The notes below the pieces were generated by a model. That model was given only the letters and a program-made list of their open reading frames with translations. It had not been told where the DNA came from and made no database searches. Of a DNA stretch of 64,000 nt, positions 8,964 through 18,126 are shown piece after piece (position 1 is the first letter of the stretch; the number at the start of each line of letters is the position of its first letter). Made by a program: the position numbers and the translations under genes. Source of the stretch: Bacteroidales bacterium (GTDB taxonomy: Bacteria; Bacteroidota; Bacteroidia; Bacteroidales; UBA7960). The DNA lies in the NCBI GenBank assembly GCA_003559735.1, contig PWKN01000217.1, positions 6,916 through 70,915 on the forward strand. The letters are read 5' to 3'.

Positions 8964-9939
8964 TCTCACGGGCGTAACAGAAATTGGCAGGAACGCCTCC
9001 GGTGTGCCAGAACAGGACGCTTGTGCCTGGCTTCAGCAATCCCTCACTGAGGTAGTGCATCATTCCGTAAAAGGCACGGCCTGTGTATACCGGGTCGAGC
9101 AATATCCCCTCTCTGGCAGCCAAAGTTTGAATGGCTGTTCTTTCCTGTTGGGTAACTACGCCGTACCCTGCTTCTTCGAATCCCGAAATCGGGATGAACT
9201 CGTCGTTACTGACCTCGGTGACCTGTTTGTAGTCCGGAGCTTGGAGTCCCTCTGCAACAATGTTGCGGATTGTCTCTTCCAGCGATTCCCCTTCGGCTTC
9301 TTGTTTGTCGATCCTGATGGGCATCAAGGCAGCTTTCAGGCCATATTTTGCTTTCCCCAGTATCAGTCCGGCATGCATGCCACCTGAGCTGGATGCAAAA
9401 AAGACATAATCAATAACCAGCTTTCTTTGATCGAGTTGTTCCTGCAGCTCACCGGCAGCTTCCGTGTATCCTGTGGCACCAATCAAATTGGAGCCACCAT
9501 AGGGTATGATGTATGGAAGATGTCCGGCTGAACGCAGCTCCCTTCCAAGTGATTCAAGTGCTTCACCTTTTCTTTGTTCACCTGAGAAGTGTATTGTTGC
9601 GCCCAGCAGCTTAGACAGCAGAAGGTTCCCGGTATATTCATCAGGGGGTGTGCCTCCCAGCAGGAGGTGACATTTCAGTTGGGCCATGGCGCAGGCAGCG
9701 GCAGTTTGCCGGCAGTGGTTCGACTGCTGGGCGCCTGCGGTGATCACTGTGTCGGCACCTTTATCCAGGGCATCGCCAATAAGGTACTCCAGTTTGCGGG
9801 TTTTGTTACCCCCGGTTGCCAGTCCGGTATGATCGTCGCGCTTAATATATACCGTATGGTTGGGATGGTCTGATGAAATATTTTTCAGTACGTGCAATGG
9901 GGTTGGGAAGAATCCAAGGTTGAATCTCGATGGGCTCAT
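8956..9939 (-). CDS. PLP-dependent D-cysteine desulfhydrase / ACC deaminase family protein
   Basis: 327 aa. IKRDDHTGLATGGNKTRKLEYL contains the PLP-lysine motif typical of the DcyD/ACC-deaminase family. Confidence 0.78.
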   Translation of the reverse strand: MSPSRFNLGFFPTPLHVLKNISSDHPNHTVYIKRDDHTGLATGGNKTRKLEYLIGDALDKGADTVITAGAQQSNHCRQTAAACAMAQLKCHLLLGGTPPDEYTGNLLLSKLLGATIHFSGEQRKGEALESLGRELRSAGHLPYIIPYGGSNLIGATGYTEAAGELQEQLDQRKLVIDYVFFASSSGGMHAGLILGKAKYGLKAALMPIRIDKQEAEGESLEETIRNIVAEGLQAPDYKQVTEVSNDEFIPISGFEEAGYGVVTQQERTAIQTLAAREGILLDPVYTGRAFYGMMHYLSEGLLKPGTSVLFWHTGGVPANFCYAREII

Positions 9940-10032
9940 GAGTGTCCGTTTTTTTATGGTTCCGTCATCATTTTCGTCCGCTGACCGCTGTCGCGTTATT
10001 CCGTTTTTTTGTTTCCTTTTTATGAATAATGG

Positions 10033-12393
10033 CTATAGTGGCCATATAACTGGCAGCAGCAACATGGCAACGGCCATTACGATCAACGTCATCGGGAGTC
10101 CGAGTTTTATATAATCTCTGAACCGGTAGCCACCGGGTCCCATTACCAGCAGGTTGGCTGCGTGTGATACCGGACTCATAAACACGGCTGCGGCGGCAAT
10201 GGCTATGGCCATCATGGTGGTCTGGGGCGATATACCGAGGCTTGCAGAAGCCTCCAGAGCTACCGGCGACATGATGACTACCAGTGCTGCAGGATGTATT
10301 GCAATTGTAAGTGCTGCTGTCAGAAGATACAGTCCGGCAATCATTGCCCACGGACCAAACGGACCGAAGACACTCATTACACCGCTTGCCATAAGGCTCG
10401 CAGCCCCGGTCTGTTGCATGGCGGTTCCGAGTGGAAGCATGCCGGCAATCAGGAAAACCGACCGCCATTCTATTGCCCTGTAAGCTTCCTCCATTTTGAG
10501 GCATCCGGTTAGTACCATCAGAGCAATACCTGCAACGGCAGCAATGGCCAGCGGAACGATCCCAAGCAATACAGGCATGAGTACTGCTGCCATTACAAGG
10601 GCAGCGTTCAGGGCTTTATCAGTTCGCAACGGGGTAACATCCAACTCGGTAAGCAGAATAAAGTCGGGTTCGCTGTTGATCAGTTCCAGTTTGTCACGCC
10701 TGCCGTAAAGCAACAAAGCCTCTCCAAATTGCAGCGGCATATTGTGCAGGTTGATCCTGTGCGCATGACCATCACGCCATATGGCCAAAACGGTGAGTCC
10801 GTATTTTTGCCGGAAATTGATCTCTCTGAGTGTTTTTCCTGCCAGCAAGGACCGTGGCGCAAGGATGACCTCTGCCATTTGTACCTCATCCGATTCCAGA
10901 TGCCGGATTTCCGGTACTTTTTCCTCGATCAGCTCCAGTTCTTTCAAGCCCTGGAGCAGGGGCAGGTCATATACATTCCCTTTTACCAGCAAACGGTCTC
11001 CCGGCTCCACGGTAGACCCCGGCGCATAAGGTTTCAGCTTGTTTTCAGGGTCGAATATTCCAATGGCGGTAAGCCCAAAAGCACTGCCAATCTGGCTTTC
11101 TGCGATGGACTTTTCGAACAGCTTCGCATCATCGCCTATGTCCATAATAAACAGATCATCATGGAGCAGGTAAGTTTCTGTCAGCAGGTCGGCGGTAGTG
11201 TTTTTGATTGCTGTTATTTCCCCTTCGCTTTCCAGTATCTCCAAACGTTCCCGGGGTCCCTGGAGAAGCAGGACGTCGTCCTCCCTGATGATCAGGTCGT
11301 GCAACATCGTTTTTTCTATCCCCTCTTTTCTTTTTACTGCCAGCACATTTATCCCATGTCTTTTTCTAAAGTCCGTATCCTGCAGTCTTTTTCCGGGCAG
11401 CGATGACTGTTTGGGCAAGACGGCCTCGGCTATCTGGAGGTCGCGGGTCAGCCATCTGCGCACCTCTGTACCAGGCTCGGAAGGGAGCATGATCTCCCAG
11501 TGTTGCATTGCCTTCAGTGCTTCAATGTTTCCCTGTACGTGCAGTTTGTCGTTCCCTTCTATTTTGGTATTCGGACCCGGGTCGAGAATGGTCCCCGATC
11601 TCCTGCTGATCGACAGCACATTAAGTCCAAGTCCGGCCCTCAGCCGGCTCTCAGCGAGTGTTTTTCCGGTGAGGGAAGAGGCCGGGTTTACTTTCAGGAG
11701 GAAACTCCTCTTTTGCAGGTCGTAGGATGCGGCGGACTTTTTGGCCTGGTGTTTTTTGGTCTCACTGATGGCATCGCGCCTGGGTAAAAAATGTCTGCCT
11801 ATGAGTGTCATAAAAAGTGTTCCGGCGAGCAGTGCAGCAAAACCAATTGGTGTATAGTCAAAAAGCATAAACGGCCGGTGTCCGCTGTTTTCCAGCGCAT
11901 AGCTGATAAGCAGGTTTGGCGGTGTCCCGATAAGTGTTGTTAGTCCGCCAAGCATTGTTCCGTAAGCCAGGGGCAGGAGAAGCCTCGAAGGGGGGATGCC
12001 TTTTGACCGTGCCATGTCCATAACAACGGGGAGCATCAGCGCAGCCACGCCGATGTTGTTCATGAATGCAGATAACAAGCCTGCTGAGAGCATAATCAGG
12101 GCAACAAGGCTCCCTTCACCTGATCCTGAAATGTGAAGCACGTAGCGGCCGATAATCCTTGCAACACCCGTCTGATAGAGGGCCGCACTCAATATGAACA
12201 TAGCCCAGACGGTAACGACGGCGGGATTGCTGAACCCATCCAGGGCCTCATGAGGCGTAATCAGTCCGGTAAAGGCAAGGACCGCCAGCACAAGCAATGC
12301 CACGATGTCCATTCTCAGCCAGCCGGTAAAAAACAAAAGGATGGCAGCTCCCAGAATACTGAATACGAGAATTATTTCCGGCGTCATGGACAA
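10033..12393 (-). CDS. SLC13/DASS-family permease with four tandem TrkA-C (RCK_C) domains
   Basis: 786 aa. TM bundles lie at both ends. The central ~375 aa contain four repeats of the pattern (L/I)xGKTLxE..(F/L)R...G(L/I)xVLA(I/V).R.......P......GD.L.(V/L).G. Confidence 0.82.
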   Translation of the reverse strand: MSMTPEIILVFSILGAAILLFFTGWLRMDIVALLVLAVLAFTGLITPHEALDGFSNPAVVTVWAMFILSAALYQTGVARIIGRYVLHISGSGEGSLVALIMLSAGLLSAFMNNIGVAALMLPVVMDMARSKGIPPSRLLLPLAYGTMLGGLTTLIGTPPNLLISYALENSGHRPFMLFDYTPIGFAALLAGTLFMTLIGRHFLPRRDAISETKKHQAKKSAASYDLQKRSFLLKVNPASSLTGKTLAESRLRAGLGLNVLSISRRSGTILDPGPNTKIEGNDKLHVQGNIEALKAMQHWEIMLPSEPGTEVRRWLTRDLQIAEAVLPKQSSLPGKRLQDTDFRKRHGINVLAVKRKEGIEKTMLHDLIIREDDVLLLQGPRERLEILESEGEITAIKNTTADLLTETYLLHDDLFIMDIGDDAKLFEKSIAESQIGSAFGLTAIGIFDPENKLKPYAPGSTVEPGDRLLVKGNVYDLPLLQGLKELELIEEKVPEIRHLESDEVQMAEVILAPRSLLAGKTLREINFRQKYGLTVLAIWRDGHAHRINLHNMPLQFGEALLLYGRRDKLELINSEPDFILLTELDVTPLRTDKALNAALVMAAVLMPVLLGIVPLAIAAVAGIALMVLTGCLKMEEAYRAIEWRSVFLIAGMLPLGTAMQQTGAASLMASGVMSVFGPFGPWAMIAGLYLLTAALTIAIHPAALVVIMSPVALEASASLGISPQTTMMAIAIAAAAVFMSPVSHAANLLVMGPGGYRFRDYIKLGLPMTLIVMAVAMLLLPVIWPL

Positions 12394-12517
12394 ACTGGTT
12401 TATTTACGTTAATTGCCTGATGTTGAACGGTAAATGCAAAGGAACGCATCAAGGTCTTTTTTGCTGAACAACGATGTTGCCTTGCACCAGCCCAACGTTA
12501 ATGCTCCCTCAAATATA

Positions 12518-12571
12518 CATGAATTTTTTTCATGCGAAATTTCACACAGACGCATGAAAATAAATTCATGC
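12518..12571. promoter_or_regulatory. pair of related palindromes (candidate operator) upstream of the EamA transporter gene
   Basis: CATGAA-TTTTT-TTCATG lies at 12518-12534 and GCATGAA-AATAAA-TTCATGC at 12552-12571. TTCATGCGAAATT occurs twice as a direct repeat. The sites lie just upstream of the -7 box. Confidence 0.4.
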
Positions 12572-12580
12572 GAAATTAAC

Positions 12581-12588
12581 TATCTTTG
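12581..12588 (+). promoter_or_regulatory. putative -7 promoter box (TATCTTTG)
   Basis: Exact TAnnTTTG, 30 nt upstream of the ATG at 12619. Confidence 0.45.
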
Positions 12589-12618
12589 CCCGCCTGAAAA
12601 TCATCGCTTCCTGATGCC

Positions 12619-13518
12619 ATGACAAAATATGAAACCCGCAGAAAAACAAAGGCATTGCACTGGCTGGCACTTGCAGTCCTGGTGCTTGTGTGGGGAAGTT
12701 CTTTTATTTTGATAAAACGCGGACTGCAATCATTTCACAGTACGGAGGTGGGTGCCCTCCGTATCGCCATATCGTTCCTTGTTTTGTCGCCACTGCTGTT
12801 CTGGCATCTGAAAAAGATCACCCGCCGAAAACTGCTGTTTTTTCTGTTGGCCGGGGTTATCGGGAATGGGTTGCCGCCTTTTTTATTTGCCGTTGCCCAA
12901 ACGGTCATAGACAGCTACATGGCAGGTGTGCTGAATTCGCTGACTCCACTGTTTACGTTGCTGATCGGGGTGTTGTTTTTTGGCATACGTACCCGGTGGA
13001 TTAATGTGCTGGGGGTGGTCACCGGACTTGCGGGTGCGGTTGGACTGTTGTCGGTTGCAAATGGCGGAGGAATCCATAATATGTGGTATGGGATGCTGGC
13101 AGTAGCTGCTGCATTGTGCTATGCCACCAACATGAACCTGATCAAGCAATACCTGTCGGAGTTTGATGCCCTGACCATTACTTCTGTCGCATTTATGTTT
13201 ATTGGCATTCCGGCATTGGTCTATCTGCTTGCTGATGGCAATGTGATCGTCGTGCTGGCAAACGATCCGGCAGCCTGGGAAAGCTTTGTGTATATTGTGA
13301 TCCTGTCGGTTGTTGGTACCGCTGTCGCTATGATCATACACAATTGGCTGATTAAGCAGACATCAGCGTTGTTTACTTCGACCGTAACCTATTTGATGCC
13401 TGTGGTGTCGATCATATGGGGTATTGCCGACGAGGAGGTTTTTGTTTTTATATATCTGTTATGGATCTGCATGATACTGGCCGGCGTGTATATGGCCAAC
13501 AAAAGAAAACCAGTGTAG
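12619..13518 (+). CDS. EamA/DMT-family transporter
   Basis: 299 aa with 10 predicted TM helices arranged as two EamA-like halves. Confidence 0.8.
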   Translation: MTKYETRRKTKALHWLALAVLVLVWGSSFILIKRGLQSFHSTEVGALRIAISFLVLSPLLFWHLKKITRRKLLFFLLAGVIGNGLPPFLFAVAQTVIDSYMAGVLNSLTPLFTLLIGVLFFGIRTRWINVLGVVTGLAGAVGLLSVANGGGIHNMWYGMLAVAAALCYATNMNLIKQYLSEFDALTITSVAFMFIGIPALVYLLADGNVIVVLANDPAAWESFVYIVILSVVGTAVAMIIHNWLIKQTSALFTSTVTYLMPVVSIIWGIADEEVFVFIYLLWICMILAGVYMANKRKPV

Positions 13519-13666
13519 CCCCTTATGTTGTTTTTCGGGGGTAATTCATGATTCTGGCTGTTGTGCTGTTTTAAGGCCAGCTTGTCTGCTTCCACGATCA
13601 TATGGTTTGTAATGGTGGATGGCAATAAATTTTTTCATAAGGTATTGTTGCTTGATAATTTTTGAT

Positions 13667-13674
13667 TATCTTTG
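13667..13674 (+). promoter_or_regulatory. putative -7 promoter box (TATCTTTG) of rplU-rpmA
   Basis: Exact TAnnTTTG, 41 nt upstream of rplU. It is bracketed by a perfect 9-bp inverted repeat, TTTGATTAT (13661-13669) / ATAATCAAA (13682-13690). Confidence 0.45.
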
Positions 13675-13715
13675 CACCCCAATAATCAAATGAACCATTT
13701 AATTCATACCGTGAA

Positions 13716-14027
13716 ATGTATGCAATTGTTGAAATAGGAGGACAGCAGTTTAAGGTAGAGAAAGAGCAGAAGCTTTTTGTGAACTTGCTGGACAATGAAG
13801 CGGGTAGCGATCTGGAAATTGATCAGGTGTTGCTGTTTGCTGATGGCGAAAACATTCGTGTAGGGATGCCTTTGGTAGAAGGTGTAAAAGTAAGGGCGAA
13901 GGTTGTGGAGCATGTGAAGGCCGATAAAATTTTGGTCTTCAAAAAGAAGAGAAGAAAGGGCTATCAGAAGATGAATGGTCATCGTCAGCCGATGACAAGA
14001 ATCCAGATTGAAGAGATTACCGCTTAA
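13716..14027 (+). CDS. rplU: 50S ribosomal protein L21
   Basis: MYAIVEIGGQQFKVEKEQKLFV... is a canonical bL21 N-terminus. The protein is 103 aa. Confidence 0.95.
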   Translation: MYAIVEIGGQQFKVEKEQKLFVNLLDNEAGSDLEIDQVLLFADGENIRVGMPLVEGVKVRAKVVEHVKADKILVFKKKRRKGYQKMNGHRQPMTRIQIEEITA

Positions 14028-14057
14028 CAAATTGGCAACAGATAAAAGATAATCATC

Positions 14058-14744
14058 ATGGCACATAAGAAAGGAGTAGGTAGTTCGCGTAACGGACGCG
14101 AGTCGCACAGCAAGCGGCTTGGGATTAAGATTTTTGGCGGTGCGCTGGCCACTGCGGGCAATATACTGGTCAGGCAGCGAGGCACAAAGCACTATCCCGG
14201 TCTTAACGTGGGTATGGGCAAGGACCATACTTTATATGCCCTTGTTGATGGCACGGTTGTTTTCAAGAAAAAGGCTGGCAACAGGTCATATGTTAACATA
14301 GAGCCTGTGGTGGAAACGGTACCTGAGGATATAACAAAGAAGAGTCCGGCAAAGACAACTGATGCACAAAAGCCGGTTACGGCTGCGGGTGAGGCAGATG
14401 TGGCCGTACTGGAAAAAGAGGCACCTGTTCAGGAGAAAGAGTCTGCCGATAAGGCTGCTGTAGCGGAAAAACCGGCTGCTGAGAAAAAAGAACCTGCGGC
14501 TAAGGCCAAAGCGGCGACAGCCAAAAAGAAAGAAACAAAGGCCGGAAAAACCACCGGGGAGAAAAAAGAGACAGCGGCCAAAAAACCAGCTGCAGCCAAA
14601 AAACCAGCTGCGGCCAAAAAACCAGCTGCAGCAAAAAAACCGGCTGCAGCCCAAAAGAAGGCGCAGGCATCCAAAGAGTCATCATCCAAAGAGAAGCCTG
14701 CAACCAAAAAAGCAGCTCCTAAAGAGAAGAAAGACGAGGAATAG
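14058..14744 (+). CDS. rpmA: 50S ribosomal protein L27 with a ~140-aa Lys/Ala/Pro/Glu-rich C-terminal extension
   Basis: [27 protein letters not shown]...[21 protein letters not shown] is canonical bL27 (residues 1 to about 85). The frame then continues for ~140 aa of low-complexity AKKPAA-type sequence to the stop at 14744. Confidence 0.9.
   Translation: MAHKKGVGSSRNGRESHSKRLGIKIFGGALATAGNILVRQRGTKHYPGLNVGMGKDHTLYALVDGTVVFKKKAGNRSYVNIEPVVETVPEDITKKSPAKTTDAQKPVTAAGEADVAVLEKEAPVQEKESADKAAVAEKPAAEKKEPAAKAKAATAKKKETKAGKTTGEKKETAAKKPAAAKKPAAAKKPAAAKKPAAAQKKAQASKESSSKEKPATKKAAPKEKKDEE
14577..14648 (+). repeat. 4 x 18-nt tandem repeat (GCCAAAAAACCAGCTGCA) encoding (AKKPAA)4 inside rpmA
   Basis: The units are 14577-14594, 14595-14612, 14613-14630 and 14631-14648, with 0-3 substitutions each. 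Confidence 0.9.
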
Positions 14745-14796
14745 TTTGAGATATGTTGCACAAGTGCAACCATCCTTGTCAAAAAAGAAATACGGG

Positions 14797-14822
14797 AATC
14801 CTGCTTCGGCAGGATTTTTTTA
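14797..14822 (+). terminator. rho-independent terminator after rpmA
   Basis: Stem AATCCTGC, loop TTCG, stem GCAGGATT, followed by a T run. Confidence 0.8.
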
Positions 14823-14826
14823 TGGT

Positions 14827-14834
14827 TATTTTTG
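14827..14834 (+). promoter_or_regulatory. putative -7 promoter box (TATTTTTG) of serS
   Basis: Exact TAnnTTTG, 56 nt upstream of the ATG at 14891 and directly after the rpmA terminator. Confidence 0.4.
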
Positions 14835-14890
14835 TTGTTTTTGCAGTACACCCATCATTCAAACTTCAATTTTTTTTAAAAGACAGTCAG

Positions 14891-16162
14891 ATGATTGACA
14901 TACAACGTATCAGGGAAGACAGCCAGGAGGTGGTCAGGCGTTATGCTGTGAGGAATTTTGATGCCGCCCGGCTGGTTGAACGTATCAAAGAGCTTGATAT
15001 AACCAGGCGCCGCCTTCAGAAAGAGCTGGAAGGCATGCTGGCTGAAAGCAATGCGCTGGCGCGTGAGATCGGCACATTGTTTCAGTCTGGCAAGGGCGGG
15101 GAGGCCAATCCGCTGAAAGACAAATCTGTCGAGCTTAAAAAACTATCCAGGACACTCCAGGAAGAGCTTGACAGCACTTCCGGCGAGTTGAATGAACTGA
15201 TGACCCGCCTGCCCATGCTGCCACACCCCCTGGTTCCTGCAGGAAAGTCTGAAACCGACAATGAGGTCGTCAGGGAAGTGGGGACTTTGCCTGAGATTGG
15301 GCCGGATGCCGCTCCGCACTGGGATCTGGCAAAAAAGTATGATATCATCGACTTTGAGGCAGGGACGAAGGTTACGGGTGCCGGATTTCCCATATACAAA
15401 GGGAAGGGGGCACGTTACCAGCGTGCATTGGTGGGCTTTTTTCTCGATGAGGCGGCCAAAGCCGGCTATACTGAATACCAGGTGCCACTCATGGTGAATG
15501 CCGACTCGGCTTTTGGAACCGGGCAGTTGCCTGATAAAGACGGACAGATGTATGCTGTTCCCTCTGATGGTTTGTTTCTTATACCTACATCTGAAGTGCC
15601 TGTTACAAATATTTTCAGGGACACGATCATCAGGGAGGATGAGCTGCCTGTGAAATGTACCGCCTACTCCGTTTGTTTCAGAAGGGAGGCAGGCTCGTAT
15701 GGAAAGGATGTGCGCGGACTCAACCGGTTGCACCAGTTCGATAAGGTAGAGATCGTCCAGGTGGCACACCCTGACAACAGTTATGAGGTGCTGGAAGAAA
15801 TGGTGGATTATGTTGGGGGACTGTTGAACATGCTGGAACTGCCATTCCGTGTTGTCCGTCTTTGTGGCGGTGACCTTGGTTTTGCGGCTGCACTCACCTA
15901 CGACATGGAAGTGTATTCTGCCGCACAGAAACGGTGGCTTGAAGTGAGCTCCATATCCAACTTTGAAACATACCAGTCACAAAGGATGAAGTTGCGTTTC
16001 AGGACGGCCGGAGGGAATAACAAGCTGCTCCATACGCTCAATGGCAGTGCATTGGCGCTGCCCCGCATCATGGCGGCTTTGCTGGAAAACAACCAGTCTG
16101 CCGACGGGGTGCACGTACCCGGGGTGCTCCGTAAATACACGGGTTTTGACCTGATCTGCTAA
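14891..16162 (+). CDS. serS: seryl-tRNA synthetase
   Basis: MIDIQRIREDSQEV... is followed by a coiled-coil arm and a class II core (FRREAGSYGKDVRGLNRLHQFDKVE). The start was moved from 14753 (which spans the terminator) to the ATG at 14891. Confidence 0.95.
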   Translation: MIDIQRIREDSQEVVRRYAVRNFDAARLVERIKELDITRRRLQKELEGMLAESNALAREIGTLFQSGKGGEANPLKDKSVELKKLSRTLQEELDSTSGELNELMTRLPMLPHPLVPAGKSETDNEVVREVGTLPEIGPDAAPHWDLAKKYDIIDFEAGTKVTGAGFPIYKGKGARYQRALVGFFLDEAAKAGYTEYQVPLMVNADSAFGTGQLPDKDGQMYAVPSDGLFLIPTSEVPVTNIFRDTIIREDELPVKCTAYSVCFRREAGSYGKDVRGLNRLHQFDKVEIVQVAHPDNSYEVLEEMVDYVGGLLNMLELPFRVVRLCGGDLGFAAALTYDMEVYSAAQKRWLEVSSISNFETYQSQRMKLRFRTAGGNNKLLHTLNGSALALPRIMAALLENNQSADGVHVPGVLRKYTGFDLIC

Positions 16163-16270
16163 TCCCCTTTTTCAGGCGGGGACAAATTAACTTGTAAACC
16201 AGTTGGAGGACAAAATAATAGAACCCCGTAAATACGTTATTATACATAACACTTTGTATAAAAAAAGATC

Positions 16271-18112
16271 ATGAATATGTCAGGCAAAACCATCCGGATC
16301 ATATTTCTTGTTGTTATACCATATTTTTTGGCTGTTGCACTCAGGGCTGAAGTTGACGGGACTGATGAGCGGCTGGCGGCACAATTTTTACGTGATGGCA
16401 TGTATGAGGAAGCACTGGCTCTATATGAGACATTGTTTGAGCAGGACCCCACGCCGGTGATCTATAATAATCTCCTGGAGACTCTTTTTGCTCTTGAAGA
16501 GTTCAGGCGGGCTGAACGGATCGTGCGCGGCAAAGCAGAAAAGTACCCCGGAGCGGTGCGGTATGCTGTTGACCTGGCCTGGGTCAATCACCGTGCGGGT
16601 AATGACCGCAGGGCGCGCAGGCAGATCGACGGACTGATCAGTGATCTTGGACCCAATCCGGATGACGTGACAGACCTGGCCATGGCTTTTGAAAGACGGG
16701 GTTTTATTGACAGGGCTCTTGAAACCTATCTCCGTGGCCGACGACTGCTTGGAGAACGGCACCCATTACATCTGCGCATAGCAGAGATATATGAAAAAAA
16801 AGAAGAGTACCAGGCCATGATGGAGGAGTATCTCGATTATATGAACGAACACCGGCAGGACGTTGAACGTGTTCGCGGGATATTACAGGATGCTGTGACG
16901 AACGACCCGGGTTTTAAGAGAAATGATGCCCTGCGGCAGGTGCTGTTGTCGAGAACACAAAGGAGTCCGCAAAACATCCTCTATTCAGAAATGCTGTTGT
17001 GGCTGTCGGTACAGCAGCAAGACTTCCGCATGGCTTTTATGCAAGCACGGGCACTCGACAGGCGGTTGGGCAGGGAAGGAATGACGGTGCTCGAAGTGGC
17101 AGACCTGAGTGTAAGCAATAAAAACTACCAGGTGGCCGCCGATGCATACCAGTATGTGTTGGATATGGGCGAAGAGGGCACCTATTACCTGGATGCAATG
17201 GTTGGATACCTGAATGTGCGGTTTCTGTCAGTGACAGAAGACCACACACATGAGGTTTCCGATTTGCTGGCGATTGAAAAAGAATACCAGCAGGCCATTG
17301 CCAACCTGGGCATCAGTGCCACAACGGTGCAACTTGTTCGTAACCTGGCCCACCTTCAGGCATTCTTCCTGGAAAAGACAGAAGAGGCCATCGGTTTTCT
17401 CGAAGCTACGATCGGCATTCCGGATATCTCCAGCCGGGTCAGGGGAGAGTGCCAGATAGAGCTGGCCGATATTTTACTGCTATCCGGTGAAGTATGGGAT
17501 GCTACCTTGCTGTACGCACAGGTTGACCGGATCTTCAGAGACGACCCGCTGGCCCATGAAGCAAGGTTCAAAAATGCCCGTCTCACCTATTATATCGGCG
17601 AGTTTGACTGGGCCACGGCACAGCTTGATGTACTGAAAGCGGGTACTTCCCGCCTTATTGCCAACGATGCCATGAAGCTGTCACTCAGAATACAGGATAA
17701 CCTTGGCATCAATGGCAACCCGGAGCCACTAAAAATGTTTGCGCAGGCAGAAAAGCATATTTTTATGAACAGGTTTGGAGATGCCATTGCAACGCTCGAC
17801 TCTGTTGCGGCGCTTTTCCCAGGTCATCAGATCAATGATGACTTGTTGTTTGCCCGAGCCGACATTAAGCTTCGCAGGGGTGACCCCGCCGCCGCCGACA
17901 GTTTGCTTGCACTTATTGTGGAAAGGTATTCTGGCGGGGTGCTTGCTGATGAGGCACTGTTCCGCAGAGCCGAACTACATCACCATTACCTGGAGCAGCA
18001 AGATAAGGCAATGGCCCTCTATCAGCAACTTATGCTCGACTATCCCGGCAGTCTGTATACTGTTACTGCTCGTCAGCGGTTCCGCGAACTGCGTGGCGAC
18101 ATTGTGAACTGA
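16271..18112 (+). CDS. secreted tetratricopeptide-repeat (TPR) protein
   Basis: 613 aa. An N-terminal signal-like segment is followed by repeated A/Y/L-patterned 34-aa helical units. No catalytic motif is visible. Confidence 0.65.
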   Translation: MNMSGKTIRIIFLVVIPYFLAVALRAEVDGTDERLAAQFLRDGMYEEALALYETLFEQDPTPVIYNNLLETLFALEEFRRAERIVRGKAEKYPGAVRYAVDLAWVNHRAGNDRRARRQIDGLISDLGPNPDDVTDLAMAFERRGFIDRALETYLRGRRLLGERHPLHLRIAEIYEKKEEYQAMMEEYLDYMNEHRQDVERVRGILQDAVTNDPGFKRNDALRQVLLSRTQRSPQNILYSEMLLWLSVQQQDFRMAFMQARALDRRLGREGMTVLEVADLSVSNKNYQVAADAYQYVLDMGEEGTYYLDAMVGYLNVRFLSVTEDHTHEVSDLLAIEKEYQQAIANLGISATTVQLVRNLAHLQAFFLEKTEEAIGFLEATIGIPDISSRVRGECQIELADILLLSGEVWDATLLYAQVDRIFRDDPLAHEARFKNARLTYYIGEFDWATAQLDVLKAGTSRLIANDAMKLSLRIQDNLGINGNPEPLKMFAQAEKHIFMNRFGDAIATLDSVAALFPGHQINDDLLFARADIKLRRGDPAAADSLLALIVERYSGGVLADEALFRRAELHHHYLEQQDKAMALYQQLMLDYPGSLYTVTARQRFRELRGDIVN

Positions 18113-18126
18113 ATAAACCCATTGAG

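Noticed and set aside
14286-14851. Minus-strand ORFs of 122-140 aa across the L27 tail region
   Set aside because: They are translations of the complement of the AKKPAA low-complexity repeat (FFGCSWFF..., [10 protein letters not shown]...). This is a repeat-driven artefact.
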